From NCBI GenBank assembly GCA_964187785.1, contig OZ076418.1:5084001-5148000 (forward strand): a stretch of 64,000 bases of DNA, read 5' to 3'. The notes beneath the pieces are model-generated. The model had not been told where the DNA came from. It searched no databases and was given only the letters and a program-made list of their open reading frames with translations. The position numbers and the translations under genes were made by a program. How positions within the stretch are numbered: position 1 is the stretch's first letter; every line of letters begins with the position of its first letter. Origin of the DNA: Amphiscolops sp. MND2022. Taxonomy: Eukaryota. Below, piece by piece: positions 1-9,532 of the stretch.

Positions 1-1
1 T

Positions 2-2635
2 GGAGGATGAACGAAAGTATTGTACGAAGGATTTTTGAGGGGATTTTGATCTTGTATATCTATCGCGTTTGTCTTCATCATCTCTTTGTTTTTTGAAACA
101 AGCAGAGATAGAGTGATTTGTTCTATGACAGTAGGAGCAGTATTTTTTGTAAGCGGGTTTTGTTTTGTTATTTGGGTCTCGTGGTTGTGTAAACATGATT
201 TGGTCAGTTTGTTGTTGATTTAAGGATTGAGATTGTAATTGTTTTGTAAGGTTATTAACTTCAAGAGTGAGATCATGTGTACGTATTTTGTCATTGGCGA
301 TGTCTTCAGCATCTACAAGTTTTACAAGTGTGTGAAAAGGTATTGAAGGTTCTAAAACAGTAGAAGTATGTTTAACTTGTCGTTTGTTTGCAAAATCTTT
401 AAGATTTTTGGGTAGTCCTTTTGTAAAAATTTCATTGCATTTGAGATTTATAGTTGATGCGTTCTCATTGCACCATCCTTTTTCAACAAGTTGTTGAACT
501 CTAAGGGCAAAATGACGAACAGTTTCGTTGTCCTTCTTTGTTAAACTAAGAGCTTCAACTTGTGCATAATAAGCGTTTTTTTGTGATGAAAATTGTTTTT
601 TGAAAGCTTGTACAAAAGCGTGCCAATCTTGTTTGTAAGTGTCATTCAATCGGATATACCAACTGAGGGCAGTTCCAGTGAGTGAGCATTGTATAAAAGC
701 CATTCGGCGAGCATGCCAAAATTTGTATTCATGAGTAGTATGAGGTTGTAAACCTAGTGAAAATGTAACGCGGGCCTCAATATGTTGTAAGTATTCTTCT
801 GGTGTATAATTATGGTCTAAACCATCAAAAGGTTTAATGGGTTCTGAAATTGATGTAGCAGAATTAATATAGGTAGGTGTATTAATGGTAGATGGAGGTA
901 TTGTATTTGGAGGTATAGTGTGTAAAGTGGAAGGGTTGGAAGAAGTAGGTGGAATATTTAGGACATTGACTTGAGGTTGTATTGGAATCGAGTGTATATG
1001 TGGAGGTGGATGTGTAATAGTTGAAGGAGGATGAGTTTGATGATGAGTATTAGAGTGTAATACATTTAAGTTTGTTTGTGTATTATTTGTGTTAAGTTGT
1101 GATTGTATATTGGTACTGGTGAGGTTGTACATAAGTGGGTTATTCTGAATTAATGGTAAAGGAGGTCTTGATAATGTACTAGAAGTTGTAACGTTTGATA
1201 TAGGGTTAGTATGTAGAGTGTTAATAGTTAATGTAGGAGGATTATTGTATTGTACGGGTATTTGAGCAGGAATATATGGTATTGTTTGAGGTGATTGTAT
1301 TGGGGGAGTGGTTGTTTGAAATTGGGTTTCGTTTAAGGGAGGTTGTTGAGTAAAAAAGGTGTTAGATGATCCTTGTTGTGGTGAGTTGTGTGGGGTACTA
1401 TGAGTGGAGTGAATAGATGGAGGAGGTGGTGGATCATAGTTTCGTGTTGTTGTCTGGTGTATTGAAGATGATTGTGTTTCAGTGTCGTTAGTCATAGAGA
1501 TAGTAGAAGGGTTTTCTTGATTGAAAAGATGAGTGTTAGTTTCTGTGATATTTCGAGTAGGTACTTGAAGAGCATTGGAGTCCGTAGTTGTACTAGAAGT
1601 ATTCGGTGGATTTGTAATTGTGTCTTGTACTGATTCTGTTGGATCATGTGTTATTTGAGATGTATGTCTTGGAGTTGTTGGTTGATGTTGAATTACGTTT
1701 TCATCAGTAATGTTGTGGTCTTGTGTTGAGTGCGTATAGTGTGGATTATCAGAAATTTCAGAAGATTGATTTTCTTCTTCCATTGTGTTGTTTTGAAATA
1801 GGTTTGTATAAGGTCGGCTATCTGAAGTTTCAGATTGTTCTATAAGAAAATCGGTATTAAGTTCTATAGCTTCAATATGAGATGGATGGAGTGTAGTGAA
1901 GTTTTTGTAATAAGGATGTTTGGATTTGTTTTGAATGATAAATGGTAAAAGTTCAGTTTTATTTAGTATTTGAGGAAAATGTATGTATGCATTCTGGTCT
2001 TTTGGTTCCCATATCAGTTGATAATTAAATCTGAAGAATTTCAGAAGAAAGTGAGAGAAAACTTTAATTTGTGGTATTGTATCATCATCTAGTGTAATAT
2101 TTTTGAAGAATTTGTATTGAAAAGTTGTTACTTGTAAAATATCTTGTTGAAGCCAATAGTGAGGGTTGTTGTGGCGTATTATTTTTGTATCTAAATCTGG
2201 GACTTCAAAAAGGTCTACCTTTTCTTTCAATTCTTCGAGAAGAGATGGTCTGTATATAGGTGTGTCTAAATTTTCATTATGTTCAATAAGTTGGTTAATG
2301 TAGCTTATGAAAATATTTTGAATTGGTAAAATTAAGTTTCGAGGATGGATAGTTCTATAGAAGGTTCCATTGTTAATACCTGGTATTGGATTGAAAATGA
2401 CTTGGAAGGGTTGTTGTGATGGTGTGATTTCCAATGTTTTGTATCTAAAGTAATAAAGGTATGCATCTAAGTGTTCTCGAAGCAATGGTATTGTATGAAT
2501 AGAATGTGCTTCTGTTTCAAATGGAAGTGGATTGGTGTACTGATAGATTAGGTTATGTAAAAAAGGTGTTATATCATGGGTGGTTGAGCGAAAAGATCTT
2601 TGTTGTGAAGAAAATGTGAATGGATTTGGAAGCAT
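2..2635 (-). CDS. gag: Gag polyprotein, >878 aa, open off the left edge
   Basis: Manual translation from ATG 2635 (MLPNPFTFSSQQ...) has no stop to position 1. Capsid-like IKPFDGLDHNYTPEEYL...LTGTALSWYIRL...WHAFVQAFKKQF...ETVRHFALRVQQL from about 840; zinc knuckle CSYCHRTNHSISAC (CX2CX4HX4C) at 139-98. Confidence 0.92.
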   Translation of the reverse strand, partial: MLPNPFTFSSQQRSFRSTTHDITPFLHNLIYQYTNPLPFETEAHSIHTIPLLREHLDAYLYYFRYKTLEITPSQQPFQVIFNPIPGINNGTFYRTIHPRNLILPIQNIFISYINQLIEHNENLDTPIYRPSLLEELKEKVDLFEVPDLDTKIIRHNNPHYWLQQDILQVTTFQYKFFKNITLDDDTIPQIKVFSHFLLKFFRFNYQLIWEPKDQNAYIHFPQILNKTELLPFIIQNKSKHPYYKNFTTLHPSHIEAIELNTDFLIEQSETSDSRPYTNLFQNNTMEEENQSSEISDNPHYTHSTQDHNITDENVIQHQPTTPRHTSQITHDPTESVQDTITNPPNTSSTTTDSNALQVPTRNITETNTHLFNQENPSTISMTNDTETQSSSIHQTTTRNYDPPPPPSIHSTHSTPHNSPQQGSSNTFFTQQPPLNETQFQTTTPPIQSPQTIPYIPAQIPVQYNNPPTLTINTLHTNPISNVTTSSTLSRPPLPLIQNNPLMYNLTSTNIQSQLNTNNTQTNLNVLHSNTHHQTHPPSTITHPPPHIHSIPIQPQVNVLNIPPTSSNPSTLHTIPPNTIPPSTINTPTYINSATSISEPIKPFDGLDHNYTPEEYLQHIEARVTFSLGLQPHTTHEYKFWHARRMAFIQCSLTGTALSWYIRLNDTYKQDWHAFVQAFKKQFSSQKNAYYAQVEALSLTKKDNETVRHFALRVQQLVEKGWCNENASTINLKCNEIFTKGLPKNLKDFANKRQVKHTSTVLEPSIPFHTLVKLVDAEDIANDKIRTHDLTLEVNNLTKQLQSQSLNQQQTDQIMFTQPRDPNNKTKPAYKKYCSYCHRTNHSISACFKKQRDDEDKRDRYTRSKSPQKSFVQYFRSSS

Positions 2636-2647
2636 TATGTAATTTCG

Positions 2648-2884
2648 TTATAAATCATAGTAGAAATTGTTTACTATAGGAAATAGATATTGGGTGAAAA
2701 TGTGTTTTGTGTTAAAATTAATGGGGTATGGAAGTATTATATCTACGAATGCTATTTGTAGGAAAACAGTAATTAGAGTTAAAGGTAAGAGCAGGAGTTT
2801 ATTGGATGTCAGTGATAATAAGGTACAAATTGTGTAATATATTCCCAAAATGCCAAAAAGAGGAAGTATTATAGCTTGTATCAT
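2648..2884 (-). CDS. Small hydrophobic ORF (78 aa, about 2 predicted TM helices) in the retroelement leader
   Basis: ORF track MIQAIILPLFGILGIYYTICTLLSL...LLLLPLTLITVFLQIAFVDIIL; stops 13 nt before the gag ATG; G residues mostly at codon position 1 on an otherwise G-poor strand. Confidence 0.45.
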   Translation of the reverse strand: MIQAIILPLFGILGIYYTICTLLSLTSNKLLLLPLTLITVFLQIAFVDIILPYPINFNTKHIFTQYLFPIVNNFYYDL

Positions 2885-2991
2885 AGAAATTAAGAGTAGT
2901 TTAAGAGTTATATAGGGTAATAATTCTTGAGAGTTATATAAAGTTTGGGTTAATATTTTGTTATTCTATTGTAAAATATTAATGTAAAATA

Positions 2992-3111
2992 TTATAATCT
3001 TGGTATAAAAGGGACTAAAAATCTGTCAAAGAAAAGTGCAATACCAGCAAGGATACCAAGAGAGAACCAAAGAAGAATTAAAAAGTGTACTATTTTATTA
3101 GCTGAAGGCAT
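2992..3111 (-). CDS. Small hydrophobic ORF (39 aa, single TM-like) in the retroelement leader
   Basis: Manual translation MPSANKIVHFLILLWFSLGILAGIALFFDRFLVPFIPRL*; below the ORF-track cutoff. Confidence 0.4.
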   Translation of the reverse strand: MPSANKIVHFLILLWFSLGILAGIALFFDRFLVPFIPRL

Positions 3112-3501
3112 TAACAAAAGAAATAATGTACTATAGTTATATGAAATTTTTGATATGTTGTACTAAAAGGTTATACTGAAATTTTGTACTGAGGGTTAAT
3201 TATAGAGTTCTAGAAGTGAAATGTGTACTATTGAAAGTTCTAAATGTGGAATGTGTATTATTGGTGGAATGTGTATTATTGATCCGCGGCAGTGTTTAAG
3301 AAAGGAGAAAATTTATAGTGTATTAGAAAGTTAGAGAAAAAGATTGTTATGAGTATTGTAAGAGTAGAAAGGAGGAAAGATGTTATTTTATGAGATTATA
3401 GAAAATGTTATGTTTTGTGCCAACTCTGAGAGGAGTTGATCCAAGCGGCTAGAACCAGAGTATTTGACTAGCAGGAATCGCCGGATAGCACGATTGAAAA
3501 A

Positions 3502-3711
3502 CCAACACGAATCGCACGTCTGCGGTTGGAACGGAAATGAAAGAGAAACCAACACGAAATCACTTTGTAGTGGTTGGAACGAAAAATTTACTGACAGGAA
3601 TTACGTGTGAACGTAGTCAGAACCAAAATATTTTGCTGACAGGAATTACGATAGTACGCAGTCAGAACCGAAAAGTTGTAACTGACAGGAATTACGAAAA
3701 GACGTAGTCAG
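3502..3711 (-). other. Array of five bulged RNA stem-loops (about 45-nt period) in the retroelement leader
   Basis: Units at 3502, 3549, 3591, 3636 and 3682. Each has a 5-bp outer stem (CCAAC/GTTGG or CTGAC/GTCAG), a 4-bp inner stem, a variable loop and a 3' bulge ATTC(G/C)T on the minus strand (7-nt ATTTCGT in the 3549 unit); compensatory changes between units. Confidence 0.8.
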
Positions 3712-3858
3712 AACCATGAGAGAAGTTAGTATCGATATACAATAGAAAGAGGAGGTGAAACAGTGTGTCGAACGAAGAAATAGCGTATGAGAAAGTTAAG
3801 AAATTGTGTACAAGAAGAATGAAGTTGAGGTATGAGAGGAAGAGAGAAGAGAATTTTC

Positions 3859-3870
3859 GTGGTCGCACCA
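3859..3870 (-). promoter_or_regulatory. Putative primer-binding site TGGTGCGACCAC
   Basis: On minus: ...ACAGCTCA-AT-TGGTGCGACC; TGG two nt after a CA dinucleotide is the usual LTR/PBS junction. Confidence 0.6.
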
Positions 3871-3872
3871 AT

Positions 3873-4287
3873 TGAGCTGTTTAAGACTTGTCTTATGTTA
3901 GATGTTATTTCATTTAAGAAGTACATAAGAAGTTCTTTTCTAAGTCTTAACAGAATACCGTCTAGCTAGCTATACTTTCACTGAACTGAGGAGTACTACT
4001 TAGACTGAGATCTCAGAATTACTTTCTCTTCAAGATGAGAGTACTGGTTGATTACAACATTCGAGTTACTCTGATTATACAGAATTAGTTAGTACATCAA
4101 TCAATAATAAGATTAAATAGACTTCAAATCATTATAGGATGAAGTTTGGAGGGATTACATTTATAATGAAATATTGGCATTTCGATAATGAAGTATTAAC
4201 TTCTGATTAGAATGACATCTGTCATGCTATTAGGTCACGAAGTTTAGCAAATATAAAATTCTTGATGTCATGCATCATGACGTCACA
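3873..4287 (-). repeat. Putative 5' LTR (about 415 bp)
   Basis: Minus strand starts TGTGACGTCA at 4287 and ends GCTCA at 3873 next to the PBS; TATAAA at 4165-4160; the sequence switches to a different repeat family at 4288. No partner LTR in the window to confirm. Confidence 0.6.
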
Positions 4288-5365
4288 CCACCCAAGGCGC
4301 CCAGTCCGGCAAATAAGGCCAAGGCAAATTCAGTGCAAACCCTTTTCAAGGTAACCTACAAAATCGGACGTGACTACAGAGTCCCCCCTTTCGATTTTTC
4401 GATTTTTTTTCGGCACTGTGCGACTTTTTTTCGAAAATTTTTTTGTCTCCAAAGGGTCCCCCTTTCATTTTGTACTTTTTTAACGTAATCTACAAAACCG
4501 TCCGAGGCTAAAGGGTCCCCCCTTTTGATTTTTTTCTGCACTGTGCGACATTTTCCTTTAAAAAATTTTTTTTCGAAAATTTCAAGTTTTTTTCGAAAAA
4601 AATGTTTTGCGCTTTTTGAGCCTTAGATATAGCGCCGACTTTAGACGTTCTCGTCTTGTTTCTTCAGACTACAATCCTCACACTGATCGGTCCACTTTTC
4701 TTACAATTCTTACAATCTTAAAATCTTACAATTCTTACTTAGCAAATTCAAAATACTTGCGAAGTAGTATTTTTACATCATCTTAGAAACTCAAAGGGAC
4801 CAAAGGGTACGCCCTCCTTAGAGTATTTTCGGCTCTGTGAGACTTTTTTTTCGAAAAAATTTTCAATGTCTTAAAAGGGTCCCCCCTTCGAGTTTTCTCA
4901 TATTTTGCAACTGAATGTATGTTAATCAATCCCAAAGGGTGTCCCCCCTTCTACATTTTTCGGCACTATGCGACTTTTTTTGAAATTTTTTTTCAAAAAT
5001 TACAAGTTTTTTTCCAAAAAAATGTTTTGCGCTTTTTGAGCCTTAGATATGGCGCCGACTTTAGACGTTCTCGTCTTGTTTTTTCTTCAGACTACAATCC
5101 TCACACTGATCGGTCCACTTTTTAGAAACAATCCTGAAACCACCTACAACTAAGGCCAAGTCCGGCCAAGGCAAACTTATTCCAAAGGGTCGCCCTTTCA
5201 TTTTTTACTTTTCAAGGTAACCTACAAACCCTTTGGATTTTTTTCGGCACTATGCGACATTTTTTGAAAGAAAAAATTCAGAAATTTCAAGTTTTTTCCA
5301 AAAAAAAGGTTTTGCGCTTTTTGAGCCTTAGATATAGCGCGGACTTCAGACGTTCTCGTCTTGTT
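4288..5365 (+). mobile_element. Three tandem 3' portions of HINE/Helentron-like family A
   Basis: Terminus GCG(C/G)(C/G)GACT..AGACGTTCTCGTCTTGTT recurs at about 4661, 5081 and 5365; internal GGGTCCCCC and CGGCACT(G/A)TGCGAC motifs. Confidence 0.75.
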
Positions 5366-6402
5366 CTGTGTAGCTACAGGGAACTTTCAACTTTCACTTT
5401 GTTTTGAAGCTTTAATTCCCAAATTGAATGTTTCATTTCAAAAACGTTTCCGATTCATTTTACGAATCTTTTGCGTTATCCTGGAAATTGTCTACATGAA
5501 ACTTCTCTTCGAAGTGCAGTTTCTTGTTTGAAGCTTTTGACCCTTTCTTATTTGATATCTTTTTGAGAATGGTAGAATTTTCTCATCAAGCAACGTTGGC
5601 CAGTTTCAAATGATTATTTTCCTTGCTGCCCGATATATAACTTGTCAATCAATAGCGTGTGTTTATTTTGTTTGGGATTTCTGTCATTACTCTTCGATAA
5701 GCTAAGATAGTCAATCTGTGTGAGTTGGATTATCGCCTCTTCTATTCAAAATTTACACACCCTATTGGTTTTCGTTTGTGGAAAATGTAGTTTTTTTGTA
5801 TTTTCCCTTTTTTGACTTGCGTATTTTTTGCTGGTTTTAATAGATGTGAGTTTACTCTTCTTTATTGTTACCTTATAAGACGGTGTTCGTTCTTACTCGT
5901 GTTTCATCAATTTCCGTAAATTTTGAAGTCATTCTTTTTTGATAAATAGCAGAACCCGTTTATTGTCCTTGCTTAACTTGAAAAGGAGGAGTTATTATTT
6001 TATTCATCATTATCGGTTGAAGTGTTTGTAAACTTATAGACCTACCGCTTCTGATGCTTCAATTACAACAAAATGGGATTGAAGATAAAACTAAAATTTC
6101 CAAGTTTAGTGAGCCGAGGATAGAACTGATTGTATGTGGAAAACTCGTCAAAAATCGAAATAAATTCATCAAATACAACTCGTCGAAATTAAAAGTAGGA
6201 AAACTGATCGGAAAAATTAACTAAATTGTCAATTAGGTGCAAACTCTTCTTCAAATGACTAAAGATATTCAAATAGATGTTTTGTAACTCATCAAAAAAG
6301 CGTTTTCACTAATCGATGTGTGATTTTGTTTTCTGCGTGTTTTCTTAGCTTGTATAAGTAATTGAAATGTCTTCATTTCATAGTTTTTAGTGTGATATTT
6401 TT

Positions 6403-6694
6403 GCACATGACGAAGTCAATGTGCATTGCAGTCCAGCTAAGAAAGTTTTTTTTTCCACAATAGCCAACTTCATAATAAGCGCCTTTTAGAGAAAAGCCAA
6501 AACCCCAGAGAGATTCGAACCTGCAGCCTCCCGATTGCGCGGCATAAGTGTTAACCACTGTGCCATAAGGACGTTATTGAATAAAGTTGAACTGTTGAAT
6601 ATATACGCATGCGATTAAAATAATATATATACGCATATTAAAATAATCGTTGTCTTCGTCATGTGTTGCGAAGCACCGCTTCGCCTCTGTGTTT
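6403..6694 (+). mobile_element. HINE-like family D with internal tRNA-like box A/box B module (minus, 6503-6568)
   Basis: 5' GCACATGACGAAG plus its inverted arm, 3' CTTCGTCATGTG, then hairpin GCGAAGC-ACC-GCTTCGC and CTCTGTGTTT; near-identical copy at 44787-45076. Confidence 0.75.
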
Positions 6695-8044
6695 ATAATA
6701 TAGTACAAATCACAAAATTAGTTCTACCCTTGGATACAAGATTTACTGTAAAACTTGCGAGAATTTTCCTTGCTGTATTTTTTCGGCGAGTTGCTTTTCG
6801 ACGAGGCTTTTTTAATTCAGATTGAAAGTTATTCAACGTACATGATAGCCTTTGACTTAAGAAAACTCCGTTTTTAATCAAAAATTGATGAACTTTCAGC
6901 GTCTTGTTTTCCAGAGTCTTTTGAGATACTAGAATAACTTTCCGTTTTACCCATTTTAAAATTCCTAATCTCTCTCTCTCTCTCCCTTTGAAACAATTCC
7001 CACCAGCCGTTTCCTCCAACGGCAAACCCAGCTCCCAAACCCCAGGAGACTTCCCCTATTTCGCTCTTCATGCATACCTACCTGTCAGTTGACCTGTTAC
7101 CTCAAAATCCCGCCAATTACCTTTCCCGCAAACCCACATCACCGCCCCCCCACCCCTGTGTACATTGTTACTCCCATTGTATGAACAGGTATTCCGTGGA
7201 CTATGTGGACATTCATCCACTTTGGTGTGCTCCATTTACATGTACTGTAAAAGGGATAAAATCATCCTCACCAGGTGATTTGTGGGATTACATGCAGTGT
7301 GGAAAGATAGATGGACACGCGGTAGAGTGTATGAATGAATTGCCAACCAGCCAGCCAGCTAGCAATCACGTGACTGAATTTGACGCATAGCCACATGTTG
7401 GTTGCCATGGTGTGTGTGATGGTGGTAATATATTTTACCTACCATGGTCTGTGGAATGTCAAAAGAGTCCCCATTCTGACATTGTTGTTTGCACTGCCGC
7501 TAATTGTCTACATATTCAATCATCCTTTCTTTCATATTGCGTGTAGTCTTTTAGGCGACTATTCGTACGGTTGAATTTATAAAGGAGGTCTGAAACAGCA
7601 GAATCCAATTTACTACATTTACTACAGGGTACATCAGATTATCACTCAGATTGTCACTTCTGAGGAGTTCGATACTGTGTGTTAGAGGGTGTAGGTAGAT
7701 GTCTGAAACGCCAGTCCACTCAGACCGAGTCCTCTTTGAGCGCAATTGTCGAAGAGGGGAGCCTCAATAAATCAACGACGAGCAACATAGTTGCGATACT
7801 TAATTTCCAGACGAGCATTTACTTTGCGATTCAGTCTTTAATTTCATAAATTAGTCCTCCACTTGCCGAGGTTTCCAAATTTATCTTTACGGGACCGCCG
7901 TTACTGACACAGCGAGGAGGCTCTGCAGCTTGCAGCGTATCAAGACCATCTACGGCTATGTTTAAATCATCGCCCTCTTTATTTTCGCTGCGCACGGTCC
8001 ATTTTAGATACGAGAGAACGTTTAGAGAACGACGAAGAGAAAGT

Positions 8045-8496
8045 AAACAAGCCGGGACCGGCCCAAGTCGGCGCCATATCCAAGGCTCAAAAATAGCAAA
8101 AGGACTTCAAAGTGTCAAAGTATTCTCGTCTGCAGCACTAAATTTTTTTTTGAAAAAAGTCTCACAACGCCGAAAAAATTGAAAGGACCCTTTGGGATTT
8201 TTCTATACCCAGTCTGTCGCAAAACCCAAAAAAAATTGAAGGGGACCCTTTGGGGATTTTTTTCCGAAAAAAGTCTCGCAATGCCGAAAAAAACAAAGTG
8301 GGGACCCTTTGGTCTCGTCCGGCATTGTATGTTATGCGGGAAACTTTTTGGTTCTGTTCCCTGGGCCAACAGGTGAAATTTGAAATTTTGTAGAACTTTT
8401 GGTAGAACTTTTTTGGTCAGTTCAGGTGGTCTTAAAAAACACTGACGAAAAGCCATGACTATAGTTGACTCTTCTCTAGAAAAGCGCCGACAAAAA
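8045..8496 (-). mobile_element. HINE-like family A copy
   Basis: AAACAAGCCGGGACCGGCCCAAGTCGGCGC at the left end, GCGCCGACAAAA at the right end, GGGACCC motifs inside. Confidence 0.75.
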
Positions 8497-8548
8497 ATAG
8501 AACGGAAATTACTATTTTATTCCTATATCAGCCAATATCGAAAATGCT

Positions 8549-8695
8549 TGTTGTATGTCTCGGCCTTTCTTTCCGGCGCGCTTCTCACCCCTCCATGTCA
8601 ACATTGCCAGGTCAAACCAGTCGCTGGACTAGTACCACGTCGCTTCGCTTCTGCATTTAGGACACTAGGGTATGTGAAAAATGTGACTACGTCAT
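8549..8695 (+). repeat. Family B dispersed repeat (core GGCACGTCGCTYCGCTTCGCTCCTGCATTTAGGGCAC)
   Basis: Related copies at about 14963-15109(-), 23465-23611, 30171-30290, 34848-34950 and 40255-40400. Confidence 0.7.
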
Positions 8696-9189
8696 GATAA
8701 TAATTTCGATAATATCCTTTTCACGTTTTCAACTGGAAGAACTCAATCCGATTTCGAATTTCAGCCAATCAGAATGCACGATGAACAAAATGTCAGCCGT
8801 TTGAAATCAATTTTTCATTTTCGGCTGTTCGACATTTCGACACATTGGAAATTCCCCTCCTTTCATTACGTTTGTTTGTGTTTACTTTTATTCGTGAGCC
8901 AGATGATTATCAGCTTTTAATTGGTATTGCAGTAGTTTTATGATTTCAGCGAATTAACTCCTACTCACCTTTCCGTAGCTGTTTTTGAAAATCTATTTAT
9001 ATTTCAATTCGTTTACTGAGGGAAACTTGACTTTTTCGATCTTCCTGTCTGTTGGTTTTCACCAAACTCGGTATCATCTTTACTTCTGTTGGCCACTTTG
9101 GTATCAAACTTAGATGTTGTGAAAAGATTCGTGTACCGGATATCATCAATTCACATTTCCTGTTTTGCCTAAAGTTAAAGCTTCCAAGG

Positions 9190-9532
9190 CAGAGTTTTGA
9201 CATCGTTAAGTTTTTTCGCTAATCGCTCAACCAGTAATTTCAAAATCGCTATTTGGCTGAAAAGTTTTTTCTTCAAACTATTAAATGTTTGAATTCAGGA
9301 ATGTTTGAAAATCCAATGATAGCTTGATTCGATTTTTGCAAGAAAAAACTAGGATTCTCATACTGTGTGAGTTTTACTAGTGTAAGCGTTGAACTTTTTC
9401 GAAATTCCGTGTTTGCTCCAAAGAAATTTTGAATTTAGACAACCTATTAGTTGCCGCTAATTTGAATCGCGAATATAATCACTGCAAAATTCTGCGCGGC
9501 CGCTAAATTGCTGATTAGCGGTGTCAAAACTG
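9190..9532. mobile_element. hAT-type MITE
   Basis: TIR CAGAGTTTTGACA / TGTCAAAACTG; 8-bp TSD TTCCAAGG on both sides; related fragments near 18550-18680 and 25760-25830. Confidence 0.8.

Larger units (their letters stand above)
1..4287 (-). mobile_element. Ty3/Gypsy-type LTR retrotransposon, 5' portion (LTR, PBS, leader, gag); pol and 3' LTR lie outside the window
   Basis: Long gag ORF with capsid-like region and CCHC knuckle, preceded by a leader, a PBS-like TGG motif and a TG...CA bounded segment. The sense strand is strongly A/C-rich and G-poor, unlike the flanks. Confidence 0.9.

Noticed and set aside
3502-3711. CRISPR-like repeat/spacer array
   Set aside because: Eukaryotic context, no cas genes, the variable parts are only 4-6 nt loops plus short linkers, and it lies in an LTR-element leader.
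5400-5930. Lys-rich minus-strand frame as a decayed gene
   Set aside because: Several stops, no recognisable motif; explainable by A-rich composition.
6968-6984. (CT)n tract and the overlapping 110-aa minus ORF with KKPRRKATRRK
   Set aside because: Short microsatellite; the ORF has no support beyond a basic patch.
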